Shown here piece after piece: positions 1 to 9,927 of a DNA stretch of 64,000 nucleotides; the first letter of the stretch is position 1, and every line of letters starts with the position of its first letter. Below the pieces are notes generated by a model, which saw nothing but the letters and a program-made list of their open reading frames with translations, was not told the origin of the DNA and did not search any database. The stretch spans positions 1 through 64,000 of the forward strand of contig JBCNVM010000001.1 of NCBI GenBank assembly GCA_039630085.1, given 5' to 3'. Position numbers and translations under genes: made by a program. This DNA comes from Candidatus Caldarchaeales archaeon (lineage in GTDB: Archaea > Thermoproteota > Nitrososphaeria_A > Caldarchaeales > Calditenuaceae).

Positions 1-8
1 TCAGGAGC

Positions 9-260
9 TCAGATGAACGTCAGCAGTATCGGCAGAATCAGGTGTATGAACACCAGCGTTATCAGCCCGCTGATCGTCAGCCTGATACCGTAGAACTCCT
101 GCCTGAGCCCTACCGCCAGCAGGAGACCCACGATCACCATCGCTATCGCCAGGACGTTGATCACCGGCGTCAGGACCTCGAACACCGTCAGCACTATGTT
201 CCGGATGATCTGCTGTCCGATCTGCCCGGCCGTCACCAGTGCTACGACATATGAGAACAT
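9..260 (-). CDS. Small two-TM membrane protein, possibly VirB2/CedA1-like pilin
   Basis: 83 aa, amphipathic N-helix then two hydrophobic helices separated by a short charged loop (RQEFYG); GGAGGTGA RBS upstream of ATG. Confidence 0.55.
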   Translation of the reverse strand: MFSYVVALVTAGQIGQQIIRNIVLTVFEVLTPVINVLAIAMVIVGLLLAVGLRQEFYGIRLTISGLITLVFIHLILPILLTFI

Positions 261-744
261 GCCCTCTCACCTCCCCCCTCGCATAGACCCGTCCGCACCG
301 GCTCACAGGGACTCCCGCTGCGGCTGGGCGGGGTCGCCCTCACCGGTACCTCATCCGGATCATAGCTCCGGGGCATGGTTGATGGTGCCCCGGCCCCTGT
401 TTAATGGGGAAAAATTCGAGGGGTGGAGGTTCGGGGCCGTCAGCTCTTTCTCGGTCTGAACTGCATCGGGTTCTTTATGTTGACAGGACACAGCCTGCCG
501 TTCTCGACGCAGAGCCCGTGCGTTCTCATCGTCTGACACGAGGGCACGGTATACTTCGTCCTCGATCCTCTGAGGCCCGCTATGATTCCGCACCTGGAGC
601 CCGCCGCCATACCTTGCTAGGCCACGGCCCCCTCTCACTAGCGGACCCCGGCCTTTACTTAACCATAGCAGGACGCAGACCCGAGTGCTCGCGGCGTTGA
701 GTTTGACGATAAGCTAAATGGGGGGCGAGAGGTAGCCCGCGTGG

Positions 745-1143
745 ATGGACTACGCCGAGACGATCGACGAGATACTCGACCACTACAGGAACCCCAGGAA
801 CTACGGGGAGCTCCCGGACGCGACGGTGAGGGCGAAGGACTCGAACCCCCTCTGCGGCGACGTGATCGAGATGTCCCTCAGGATCGAGGGGGACAGGATC
901 GTCGACGTGAGGTTCAGGGGGAAGGGGTGCGCGATAAGCCAGGCGTCGGCCTCGATGCTCACCGAGCGGTTGAAGGGAATGTCCTTGGACGAGGCGAGGT
1001 CTCTGAACCGGGACTACGTCCTCGGGATGCTGGGGATCGAGCTGAGCCCCGTGAGGGTGAAGTGCGCCACTCTGAGCCTCAAGGTGCTGAAGCTGGGGAT
1101 CTACTCGCACTTGGGGAGCTCCGCGAAGGACCTAGAGGTCTAG
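745..1143 (+). CDS. sufU: SufU/IscU (NifU-N) Fe-S cluster scaffold
   Basis: ILDHYRNPRN, NPLCGD, GCAISQAS, RVKCA: three conserved Cys. Confidence 0.92.
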   Translation: MDYAETIDEILDHYRNPRNYGELPDATVRAKDSNPLCGDVIEMSLRIEGDRIVDVRFRGKGCAISQASASMLTERLKGMSLDEARSLNRDYVLGMLGIELSPVRVKCATLSLKVLKLGIYSHLGSSAKDLEV

Positions 1144-1252
1144 AACGGACTCCGTCGAATCCTCAAGCGCATATTTCCGTATTACCGGTGTGATGGCGGG
1201 CGGAGAGGCCGCTCTTAACCCACGAATACGGCTGCGGAGAGCTCGGTCGCGA

Positions 1253-2359
1253 ATGAGCGAGCTGGAGCGGCTTGCGGCCTCGAAGGCGAGGCAGGCGGTG
1301 CTGCTCGACAGGTCGGGGTCCAAGTCCGAGGCGATCAGGATGTACAGGGAGGCGATCGGCATGCTCAGGAAGCTGATCGAGCTGACCGAGAGCCCGATAA
1401 ACCGCGAGGTCTACAGGGAGAGGATCGAGGCCTACGAGCGGAGGATAAGGGAGCTCCAGGAGGGAAGGGCGGACCAAGAGCCGAGCCAAGATAACCCCTC
1501 TCAACAGCAGAAGGCTTCCGTTCAAGACTTCAAGCCGCCCGTGAAGTGGGACGACGTCGTGGACCTCGAGGAGGCGAAGAGGGCAATAAAGGAGAGCGTC
1601 GTCTACCCCGCGAGGAGGCCCGACCTCTTCCCGCTCGGGTGGCACAACGGCATCCTGCTCTTCGGCCCTCCGGGATGCGGGAAGACGCTGCTGGTGGCTG
1701 CGACGGCCAACGAGATCGACGCGAAGCTCTACGTCGTCGATTCGGCGAGCCTTATGTCCAAGTGGCTCGGCGAGAGCGAGAAGAACCTCCAGAGGGTCTT
1801 CAGCTCGGCGAGGTCCGAGGCGGCTCAGGGCAGGACGGTGATCCTCTTCATCGACGAGGTCGACTGGATCACCAGCTACAGGGCCGTTGAGGTGGGGGGA
1901 GAGGCGCGGGTCAGGGCCCAGCTGCTATCGGAGATGGACGGGATCCTCAGCAAGTTCAACAGGTCCTTCCTCTTCCTGATAGCCGCGACCAACAGGCCCT
2001 GGAGCCTCGACGAGCCGTTCATCAGGAGGTTCCAGAAGAGAATCTACATCCCGCCGCCCAATAAGGAGGTCAGACTGATGACGCTCCGTCACTACACCAA
2101 GCGGCTGAGGCTCGCCGGGAACGTCGACTTAGAGGCGCTCGCGGACCGACTCGATGGCTACTCGCCCGCCGACATATACTCGATCTGCCTCGACGCCCAG
2201 ACCGCCGCGCTCAGGAGGGTCTTCGAGGAGGGAATGGACGAGGTCCCCGAGATAACCCAAAGCGACTTCCTAGAGGCGGTGAGGAAGAGGAGGCCCTCAA
2301 TATCGGCGGAGACGCTGAGGCGTTACGAGGAGTGGAACAGGGCCTACGGCGCGGTCTGA
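1253..2359 (+). CDS. cdvC: CdvC/Vps4 AAA+ ATPase with N-terminal MIT domain
   Basis: MIT-like helices (AIRMYREAI...YERRIREL), LFPLGW.GILLFGPPGCGKT Walker A, FIDEVD Walker B, ATNRPW/RRFQKR; ATG 1253 chosen downstream of a TTAA box. Confidence 0.9.
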   Translation: MSELERLAASKARQAVLLDRSGSKSEAIRMYREAIGMLRKLIELTESPINREVYRERIEAYERRIRELQEGRADQEPSQDNPSQQQKASVQDFKPPVKWDDVVDLEEAKRAIKESVVYPARRPDLFPLGWHNGILLFGPPGCGKTLLVAATANEIDAKLYVVDSASLMSKWLGESEKNLQRVFSSARSEAAQGRTVILFIDEVDWITSYRAVEVGGEARVRAQLLSEMDGILSKFNRSFLFLIAATNRPWSLDEPFIRRFQKRIYIPPPNKEVRLMTLRHYTKRLRLAGNVDLEALADRLDGYSPADIYSICLDAQTAALRRVFEEGMDEVPEITQSDFLEAVRKRRPSISAETLRRYEEWNRAYGAV

Positions 2360-2363
2360 GCGA

Positions 2364-3119
2364 TCAGCCGGCCTCGGCATAAGATATCTCGATCAGGCCC
2401 TTCCTCGCAAGCTCCTCGAGGGCCTCCTCCACCACGTCCCTGGGCAGGCCGGTGACCCCGCAGACCGTCTCGACGTCGAAGCCCGCCGGGTCCTCGATCG
2501 AGTTGATGGCGTCGTAGACGAGCCTCTCCTTGTCCGTCATCACGGGCGCCTCCGGGAACGTCATCCTCACCCTCTCCGTGGCGATCCTCTTGGCCTCCTC
2601 GAGGACCCTGAGGGCCTCGTCCTCTAGCGCCTTGACCTGACCCGCGCTCGGGGTCGGGACGCCCGCGGAGGTCGCAGTGACGATCGTCTCGATCTCCTCT
2701 GAGAGCCGCTTCAGGTTCTCCGAGACCTCCGGCGATACCGATGCGACCTCGCTCGCGACCCGGGAAAGGAGCTGCCTCACCGAGACCACCAGGGCCAGCA
2801 CCTCGGTCAGCTCCGCGACGGTCTCGAGCCTGATCTTCACCTGCTCAATCAGGAGCAGGTTGCCCACAATGACTTTGGCCAGCCTCCTGAGCTGCATGAT
2901 CTCCTCGGCGTAGAGCCTCGCGTGCTCCTCGTCCCCCGACGAAAGGTGCGAGACGCACCTCTCGAAGTAGTCCTTCGCCTTCTGCTCCAGCTCGGAGTAC
3001 TTCCTGTTGAGCCTCAGGATGCTACCGTTCAGCACGGAGATCGTCCTGTTCAGGCTCGCCTCGAGCGAAGAGACCCGCTTCAGTCCGTCGGCGCGCCGAC
3101 CCCATAAGGCGAACCGCAT
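2364..3119 (-). CDS. cdvB: CdvB/ESCRT-III (Snf7 fold) with C-terminal winged-helix domain
   Basis: A.LYAEEI.QLRR...LEQV.IRLET Snf7/CdvB signature; C-terminal wH (VEEALEELARKGLI); convergent with cdvC. Confidence 0.85.
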   Translation of the reverse strand: MRFALWGRRADGLKRVSSLEASLNRTISVLNGSILRLNRKYSELEQKAKDYFERCVSHLSSGDEEHARLYAEEIMQLRRLAKVIVGNLLLIEQVKIRLETVAELTEVLALVVSVRQLLSRVASEVASVSPEVSENLKRLSEEIETIVTATSAGVPTPSAGQVKALEDEALRVLEEAKRIATERVRMTFPEAPVMTDKERLVYDAINSIEDPAGFDVETVCGVTGLPRDVVEEALEELARKGLIEISYAEAG

Positions 3120-3234
3120 CGGCCGCGTCTTCCCCCCGGCCAGATATTAGCGATCAAACCGCCACTTCCTCGGGCCAGCCCATGATAATCGCGGGGTAAT
3201 CCTAGACCTCCCACACGGCATAACTTACGGAGTC

Positions 3235-4404
3235 GTGGAGCGCTCGGTCGCAGATGCGTGTCAGATGTCGACGCGACGAAAGCTAATTACCCCCGGTCGT
3301 GCTGAGAGGAGATGGGGGTGGTGTGAATTCATCACCGTGTTGGGAGGGAAGGCCCCTCCAGACCCCGAGACGCTCGGACTCTCGAGCGATGACCTGATGA
3401 AGATGTACAGGACGATGGTCCTGACGAGGGCCCTCGACAGGTACCTGCTGAGGCTCCAGAGGATGGGGAAGGTCGCGCTCTACGCGGAGACGATAGGCGA
3501 GGAGGCGGTCGGGGTGGGGATCGCGTACGCGCTCGGGTCCGAGGATGTGCTCTTCCCGTCCTACAGGGAGCTGGGGGCCTTCCTGATGAGGGGGGTCCCG
3601 GTCTCAGAGATCCTGGACAGGATGCTGAACACGGTCGACGACCCGCTGAAGGGGCACGAGTTCGCTATCTTCGGCGACAGGAGGTACAACATAGTGCCCG
3701 CGCCCACGCCGGTCGGGACCCAGATACCGCTGGCCGTGGGTTACGCAATGGCCGCGAAGATCAAGGGCGAGAGGATCGTGGTGCTGACGGTCTTCGGGGA
3801 CGGCGCGACCTCGAAGGGAGACTTTCACGAGGGCGTGAACTTCGCGAGCGTCCACAAGCCCCCCGTGGTCTTCGTCTGCAGGAACAACCAGTACGCGATC
3901 TCGACCCACGTGAGCAAGCAGACGGGCTCCAGCACCATCGCTCAGAAGGCCGTGGCCTACGGGCTTGAGGGGATCAGGGTCGACGGCAACGATGTCCTCG
4001 CGGTTTACCTGACGACGAAGGGCGTTGTCGAGCGGGTGAGGGACGGGGGAGCGCCGGTCCTGATAGAGGCCCTGACATACAGGCTGGGCGCCCACACCAC
4101 CAGCGACGACCCGAAGCGCTACAGGACCGAGGACGAGGTCCAGAGGTGGGCGAAGCTCGACCCGATAGACAGGATGAGGGCCTACCTGATCGCGAAGGGC
4201 GTGATCGACGAGGACCGGGACGCGGCGCTGAGGGCGGAGGTCGATGGGCTCGTCGCAGCGGAGGTCGAGAGGGCTCTACGGAAGCCGGGGCCCGACCCGA
4301 CCGTGATCTTCGAGGACGTCTACGATTCGCCTCCTTGGATCCTGCTCGAGCAGTCCGAGGAGCTCAAGGAGCTCTTGGGCCTCCAGAAGGTGACGAAGGG
4401 ATGA
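3235..4404 (+). CDS. pdhA: 2-oxoacid (pyruvate/branched-chain) dehydrogenase E1 alpha; true start uncertain, possibly GTG 3337
   Basis: [14 protein letters not shown]...[10 protein letters not shown] motif; [12 protein letters not shown]. Confidence 0.9.
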   Translation: MERSVADACQMSTRRKLITPGRAERRWGWCEFITVLGGKAPPDPETLGLSSDDLMKMYRTMVLTRALDRYLLRLQRMGKVALYAETIGEEAVGVGIAYALGSEDVLFPSYRELGAFLMRGVPVSEILDRMLNTVDDPLKGHEFAIFGDRRYNIVPAPTPVGTQIPLAVGYAMAAKIKGERIVVLTVFGDGATSKGDFHEGVNFASVHKPPVVFVCRNNQYAISTHVSKQTGSSTIAQKAVAYGLEGIRVDGNDVLAVYLTTKGVVERVRDGGAPVLIEALTYRLGAHTTSDDPKRYRTEDEVQRWAKLDPIDRMRAYLIAKGVIDEDRDAALRAEVDGLVAAEVERALRKPGPDPTVIFEDVYDSPPWILLEQSEELKELLGLQKVTKG

Positions 4405-5375
4405 CCGTGATGACCTTCGCCAAGGCGATCAACGACGCCCTCCGGCACGAGATGAAGCGGGACGAGAGGGTCGTGGTCCTGGGCGAGGACGTGGGGGTCA
4501 ACGGAGGCGTCTTCAGGTGCACGGAGCACCTGCTGATTGAGTTCGGGCCCTCGAGGGTGATAGACACGCCGCTCTCCGAGTCCGCCATCATCGGGGTCGC
4601 GATCGGGATGGCGATGAACGGCCTCAGGCCTGTCGCGGAGATCCAGTTCTCCGACTTCATCTACGGCGGCTTCGAGCAGCTGGTCTCGAACTTGGCCAAG
4701 ATCAGGTACAGGAACGCGGGCCAATACAGCGCGCCCGTCGTGGTGAGGACCCCTGTCGGAGGCGGGGTTAGGGGAGGCATGTACCACTCCCAGAGCCCCG
4801 AGGCCTACTTCGCCCACACGGCGGGCCTGAAGGTAGTGGTGCCCTCGACCCCCTCGGACGCGAAGGGTTTGCTGATCTCCTCGATAAGGGACGAGGACCC
4901 GGTGATCTTCTTCGAGCCGAAGAGGCTCTATCACTCGCTGAGGGAGGACGTCCCCGACGGCGACTACACCGTTCCGCTAGGGAAGGCGAGGCTCGTGAGG
5001 GAGGGCGACGACGTCTCCGTGATCACCTACGGCGCCACGGTCTACGACGCCCTCGAGGCGGCAGAGAAGGCCTCGCAGGAGGGGGTGAGCGTCGAGGTGC
5101 TGGACCTGAGGACGATAGTCCCCTACGACTGGGAGGCGATATCGAGGAGCGTGAGGAAGACCGGCAGGCCCGTCATCGTCCACGAGGCCCAGAGGACCGC
5201 GGGCTTCGGGGCCGAGATCGCCGCGACGATCGCCGAGAGGGAGATCTACAGCTTGGAGGCGCCGGTGCTCAGGGTGACGGGCTACGACACGCCGTTCCCG
5301 CTCGTCCACGAGCACCATTACCTCCCGAACCCAGGGAGGATCCTCAAAGCGATAAGGAGGTCGGTATCGTCTTGA
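4401..5375 (+). CDS. pdhB: 2-oxoacid dehydrogenase E1 beta
   Basis: [32 protein letters not shown]; ATGA overlap with E1 alpha. Confidence 0.93.
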   Translation: MTVMTFAKAINDALRHEMKRDERVVVLGEDVGVNGGVFRCTEHLLIEFGPSRVIDTPLSESAIIGVAIGMAMNGLRPVAEIQFSDFIYGGFEQLVSNLAKIRYRNAGQYSAPVVVRTPVGGGVRGGMYHSQSPEAYFAHTAGLKVVVPSTPSDAKGLLISSIRDEDPVIFFEPKRLYHSLREDVPDGDYTVPLGKARLVREGDDVSVITYGATVYDALEAAEKASQEGVSVEVLDLRTIVPYDWEAISRSVRKTGRPVIVHEAQRTAGFGAEIAATIAEREIYSLEAPVLRVTGYDTPFPLVHEHHYLPNPGRILKAIRRSVSS

Positions 5376-6550
5376 GCGCGGTCAGGGTCCTCTCTCACGA
5401 CCTGCTCAGCGACGAGGAGAAGCTGGTCCTAAAGACGGCGAGGTCCGTCGCCAGCTCCTTCGGGAGGAAGTACTGGCTCGAGAAGTGGTCGAGGGGCGAG
5501 GAGCCGGGGGAGATCTGGCAGAGGATGAAGGAGGAGGGCCTCGCGGGGACCGGCGTCCCGGAGGACCTCGGCGGATCCGGGATGGGCCTGATGGGGGCGG
5601 TGCTGGTACAGGAGGGCTTCGCGCTGGAGGGCCTCCCGATGATTCAGTTCCTCGTGACCCACTTCGTCAGGGACATCATCCTGAAGGCCGGGACGAGGGA
5701 GCAGATGGAGAGGTTCGTCACGCCCACCTGCGTCGACGGGAGGCGGATGAGCTTCGCCCTGACGGAGCCCCAAGCCGGCTCGAACACCTGGAAGATCTCG
5801 ACCTTTGCGAGGAGGGAGGAGCGCGGTTACGTCCTCAGGGGCCAGAAGGTCTTCATCAGCGGCGCCGGGGAGTCCGACTTCATGATGGTCGTCGCGAGGA
5901 CCAAGAGGTACGAGGAGGTGAGGGACAAGCGCGACGGGATATCGATCTTCGTCGTGGAGACCGACAGCCCCAACCTCAGGCTCCAGAGGCTGAACATCGA
6001 CACGAAGTCCCCCGAGTGGCAGTACATGGTATACTTCGACGACGTCGAGGTCCCGCCGGAGAACCTCATCGGAAGGGAGAACGAGGGTTACAGGGCCCTC
6101 TTCCACGGCCTGAACGTCGAGAGGCTGATGATCGCCGCGATCGCAGTCGGGCTCGGGACCTACGCCCTGTCGAGGGCCGCGGAGCACGCGAGGCAGAGGG
6201 TGGTCTTCGATGTCCCCATCGGCTCCCATCAGGGCGTCCAGTTCCCGCTCGCGAGGGCCGCGATCAGGTTGGAGGCAGCCAGGTCCCTCATCTACTCCGC
6301 GGCAAGGCTCTACGACAGCGACGCCGGGAGCGTCGAGCTCGCTAACGCTGCGAAGTTCACGGCCTCCGAGGCGGCCGTCGAGGCCCTGGACGCGGCGGTC
6401 CAGACGTTCGGGGGGTACGCGTGGGACTTCGAGACCGACGTCCTCAACCTCTACCCGATCGTGAGGCTCTTCAAGACGGCGCCGGTCACGAACGAGCTGA
6501 TCCTTAGCTACATCGCCACCCACGTCCTCAGGCTTCCGAAGTCCTACTGA
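5372..6550 (+). CDS. Acyl-CoA dehydrogenase
   Basis: [37 protein letters not shown] motifs. Confidence 0.92.
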   Translation: MSAVRVLSHDLLSDEEKLVLKTARSVASSFGRKYWLEKWSRGEEPGEIWQRMKEEGLAGTGVPEDLGGSGMGLMGAVLVQEGFALEGLPMIQFLVTHFVRDIILKAGTREQMERFVTPTCVDGRRMSFALTEPQAGSNTWKISTFARREERGYVLRGQKVFISGAGESDFMMVVARTKRYEEVRDKRDGISIFVVETDSPNLRLQRLNIDTKSPEWQYMVYFDDVEVPPENLIGRENEGYRALFHGLNVERLMIAAIAVGLGTYALSRAAEHARQRVVFDVPIGSHQGVQFPLARAAIRLEAARSLIYSAARLYDSDAGSVELANAAKFTASEAAVEALDAAVQTFGGYAWDFETDVLNLYPIVRLFKTAPVTNELILSYIATHVLRLPKSY

Positions 6551-6604
6551 GCACACAACCCCCGAAGAATCCGTTTTATAATGCCCCGAGACGCTAACCG
6601 CGAG

Positions 6605-7726
6605 ATGAGACGAGTCCTAGTCGTGGGACTCGGCGAGTTCTCACCGAGGGCGCGCGAGACCGGTCTGGAGATCAGGGAGATGACCTTCGAGGCGGCGGAG
6701 AGGGCATACCTGGACGCGGGGCTGAGGCCGGAGGACGTGCAGGGGATCGTCTCGTCGGGGCTCGACTTCAACGAGGGCATCAGCATCACCGACTCCTTCA
6801 CGCCGGACCAGGTCGGAGGGAGGCTGAAGTTCAACATGCTGGTCTCCGGGGACGCGCTGGAGGCCGTCTACCACGCGTTCATGATCGTGAGGTCCGGAAT
6901 GCTGGACGTCGTCCTGGTCGACGGGTACGCGAAGCCCTCCGAGATCGAGAACTACGGGGACGTGCTGCGGTGCTCCCTCGACCCCTACTGCGCGAGGCCC
7001 CTGGGCTTCGACCCCTATGTGATAGCCGGGCTCGAGGCACGAGCCTTCCTCGCGAGGAGCGGGGCCGACCCCACGGCGCTCTCGAGGGTCGCGGCCAAAA
7101 ACCTCAACAGGGCCGCGCTGGCTGGAGGGCCTTACGGCGAGAGGGTCTCCCCGGAGGAGGTCGAGTCGGACGGCTACCTCTACGCGCCGCTCAGGGAGAG
7201 GCACGTCGCGAGGCCCTCGGACTACGCGGGCGTGGTCATACTCGCGGCGGAGGACGCGGTCTCCCGGCTCGAAGGGTGCATCGAGCTGGTCGCGGTGGAG
7301 AACGCCGGCTCGAGCTCCACCCCGCACTTCTGGCTCAGGGACTGGGGGAGGGCGAGGTGGGTCGGAGCGGCTCTCGGGAGGATCGAGTCGAGGCACAAGG
7401 TGGATCCGAGGGACGTCGACTTCGTCGAGCTGACCGAGTTCTTCGCGCACCAGGAGCTCATGGTCGCCTCGGAGCTGGGGATCGACCTAAGAGCGTATCT
7501 CAGCGGCAAGTCGGGACCGGCCTTCAACCCGTCGGGAGGCTGCTTGGGGAACGGGAACTCCCTGACTGCGTCGGGAATGAGGGCGTTCATCGCGGCGGTC
7601 AGGCAACTCAGGGGTGAAGCGGGGGCCGTCCAAGTCGAGGGCGCGGAGAGCGGGCTGGTGGTCTCGACCCACTCCGAGATAGCCGACATCGGGACGGTCG
7701 CGCTCCTAAGGAGGTCGGGAGGATGA
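6605..7726 (+). CDS. Thiolase-fold (SCP2-type) protein lacking catalytic Cys, Ltp4-like
   Basis: VAAKNL, SDYA.VVILA, NPSGGCLG; TTTTATA box about 25 nt upstream. Confidence 0.75.
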   Translation: MRRVLVVGLGEFSPRARETGLEIREMTFEAAERAYLDAGLRPEDVQGIVSSGLDFNEGISITDSFTPDQVGGRLKFNMLVSGDALEAVYHAFMIVRSGMLDVVLVDGYAKPSEIENYGDVLRCSLDPYCARPLGFDPYVIAGLEARAFLARSGADPTALSRVAAKNLNRAALAGGPYGERVSPEEVESDGYLYAPLRERHVARPSDYAGVVILAAEDAVSRLEGCIELVAVENAGSSSTPHFWLRDWGRARWVGAALGRIESRHKVDPRDVDFVELTEFFAHQELMVASELGIDLRAYLSGKSGPAFNPSGGCLGNGNSLTASGMRAFIAAVRQLRGEAGAVQVEGAESGLVVSTHSEIADIGTVALLRRSGG

Positions 7727-8877
7727 GGAGGGTCGCGATAGTCGGGGCGGGGATGACCGACTTCAGGTCGATGATCCCGCTGACCTCGCCGGAGATGATC
7801 AGGCTCGCGGTCAAGAGGTGTCTCGACGACGTCGGCGGCCTCTCGATCAGGCACGTCGACGGAGTCCTCGCGACCTCGGCGCCCGACGCCTTCGACGGGT
7901 ACCACGACAAGGGAGCGATCGCGGTCGAGGCCGCGGGGGCCATCGGGAAGCCCATCACGAGGGTCTTCGTAGGCGGTGGGAGCGGGGTCGCCGCCGGGGT
8001 CGCGGGCTGGTACCACGTCGCCTCAGGGGCCTTCGACACCCTGCTGGTGGTAGCGTGGGAGAAGATGAGCCACCCGTACCCGCACGCGCAGAAGCTCTTT
8101 CAGACGATCTTCGACCCCGTCCTCGAGAAGCCCCTCGGCCCCAACCTCATCTGGATCTTCGCGCTGGAGATGATGCGGTACATGGAGGCCCACGGGCTGA
8201 AGAAGGAGCTGATCGCGGAGGTCGCGGTGAAGAACAAGAGGAACGCGCTGGACCACCCGCACGCCCAGCTCGGGGCCAGGATAACCGTCGACGACGTGCT
8301 GAACTCGGAGGTGCTCGTCTGGCCGGTCAACAGGCTCGACATCAGCCCGACGTCCGACGGTGCGGTCGCGCTGTTGCTCGCCTCGGAGGAGGTCGCGAAG
8401 AAGCTCACCGACAACCCGGTGTGGATCGAGGGCGTCGCCACCTGCCTGGACTCGCAGTTCTGGACGTCGAGGGACCTCGCGTACCCGTACTACGTCTACC
8501 TAGCCGCCCAGACGGCCTACAGGATGGCGAAGATCGCGTCGCCGCTCAAGGAGGTCGACGTCTGGGAGCCCTACGACCCGTTCACCTACAAGGAGCTCCA
8601 CCACATGGACGGCCTGCTGGGGAGGCCGGGCCTCGCGCCGAAGCTGCTCGCCGAGGGACAGATGGAGAGGGACGGGGACTGCCCGACGTCGCCCTCAGGC
8701 GGTCTCCTCGGCGTGGGGAATCCGATCGCGGCCGCGGGCCTGATGAAGGTCGCCGAACTTTACTACCAGCTCTCCGGGAGGGCGGGGAAGAGGCAGGTGC
8801 CCGACGCCGAGGTCGGGGTCGCCCAGGCGTGGGGTGACCTAATGCAGGTTGGGACGGTGGTGGTGTGCAGGAGATGA
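7723..8877 (+). CDS. Thiolase-fold (SCP2-type) protein lacking nucleophilic Cys, Ltp3-like
   Basis: KPITRVFVGGGSG, VAVKNKRNA, SDGA, EPYDPF, PSGGLLGVGNPIAAAG. Confidence 0.8.
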   Translation: MRRVAIVGAGMTDFRSMIPLTSPEMIRLAVKRCLDDVGGLSIRHVDGVLATSAPDAFDGYHDKGAIAVEAAGAIGKPITRVFVGGGSGVAAGVAGWYHVASGAFDTLLVVAWEKMSHPYPHAQKLFQTIFDPVLEKPLGPNLIWIFALEMMRYMEAHGLKKELIAEVAVKNKRNALDHPHAQLGARITVDDVLNSEVLVWPVNRLDISPTSDGAVALLLASEEVAKKLTDNPVWIEGVATCLDSQFWTSRDLAYPYYVYLAAQTAYRMAKIASPLKEVDVWEPYDPFTYKELHHMDGLLGRPGLAPKLLAEGQMERDGDCPTSPSGGLLGVGNPIAAAGLMKVAELYYQLSGRAGKRQVPDAEVGVAQAWGDLMQVGTVVVCRR

Positions 8878-9521
8878 GCGCGAGGGTAGTAAGGTACGGA
8901 CCCGACCAGCTCGAGGGGCTCCCAGCAGGGGTCGGAGGCCTCCTCAGGCGGGCGACCGAGGAAGTCGGGTCCGGGAGGGAGAAGTCTTGGTCGAAGGCCG
9001 TCTCCGAGTTCAACGAGGGAGCCTCGGAGATGACGCTCCCAGGCCTGGTCGTGCTGCCTTGGCTCTTCGACTTCAGGTACAGGAGGGCGACCGGGGAGGC
9101 GGTGGGGAGGTTCCTCGAGGGCCTGAGGGAGGGAAGGATAATCGGGACTAAGTGCGAGGGTTGCGGTAGGGTCTTCATACCTCCGAGGTCCTTCTGCGAG
9201 CTCTGCTTCAGGCGCGTCAGGACCTACGTCGAGCATAGCGGCTACGGCGAGGTCGCAACGTACTCCGTCGCCTACATCGGGACCAACCCGAGGGAGAGGC
9301 TCGCGAGGCCCGAGGTGGTCGCGGTGATCTGGTTCGAGGGGACGAAGGTCGTCAGGCCGAACTCGCATCACGTCTTCCACGCGGCGGGGCTCATGCACAA
9401 GCTCGGCGAGGTCGAGCCCAGCGAGGTCAGGATCGGGATGAGGGTCAGGCCGGTCTGGAAGCCGAAGGAGCAGAGGAGGGGCGAGATCACCGACATATCG
9501 TACTTCGCGCCGGTGAGGTGA
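8874..9521 (+). CDS. DUF35 Zn-ribbon/OB-fold protein
   Basis: KCEGCGRVFIPPRSFCELC; VRIGMRVRPVW; ATGA overlap. Confidence 0.88.
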   Translation: MSARVVRYGPDQLEGLPAGVGGLLRRATEEVGSGREKSWSKAVSEFNEGASEMTLPGLVVLPWLFDFRYRRATGEAVGRFLEGLREGRIIGTKCEGCGRVFIPPRSFCELCFRRVRTYVEHSGYGEVATYSVAYIGTNPRERLARPEVVAVIWFEGTKVVRPNSHHVFHAAGLMHKLGEVEPSEVRIGMRVRPVWKPKEQRRGEITDISYFAPVR

Positions 9522-9522
9522 G

Positions 9523-9915
9523 ATGGAGTACCGTCACACCGTGGAGAACGCCTACGAGTACCCGGCCGGCAGGGGGATGACCGCGTACCTCGAGGGGCTG
9601 AAGGAGGGGAAGCTGGTGGGGATGGAGTGCGAGGGCTGCGGCCGGCGCACGATACCGCCGCTCGGGTTCTGCGCCGCGTGCCTCTCCCACGGCGTGAAGT
9701 TCGTCGAGGCGCCGCAGGTCGGGACGGTCGTCACCTGGACGACGGACCCCGAGGGCCTGAAGTGGGTCTTCGTCTGCTTCGAGGGCTTCGAGGGCGGGAT
9801 CCTCCACAGGTTCGTCGGGGACGGCGAGCCCAAGATCGGGATGAGGGTCAGGCCGAGGTTCAGGGAGAGGAGGGTAGGGAGCGTCCTGGACCTCTTGGGA
9901 TTCGAGCCAGCCTGA
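9523..9915 (+). CDS. DUF35 Zn-ribbon/OB-fold protein
   Basis: CEGCGRRTIPPLGFCAAC; PKIGMRVRPRF. Confidence 0.88.
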   Translation: MEYRHTVENAYEYPAGRGMTAYLEGLKEGKLVGMECEGCGRRTIPPLGFCAACLSHGVKFVEAPQVGTVVTWTTDPEGLKWVFVCFEGFEGGILHRFVGDGEPKIGMRVRPRFRERRVGSVLDLLGFEPA

Positions 9916-9927
9916 GCCCCACCGGAC

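Noticed and set aside
368-393. CCGGGGCA/TGCCCCGG hairpin
   Set aside because: A single 8-bp stem in GC-rich DNA with no U-tract or repeat copies; expected by chance
3312-3340. Possible frameshift at the 5' end of E1 alpha (ATG GGG GTG GTG TGA out of frame)
   Set aside because: In-frame GTG/TTG starts at 3337/3340 give an adequate protein; no real evidence of disruption
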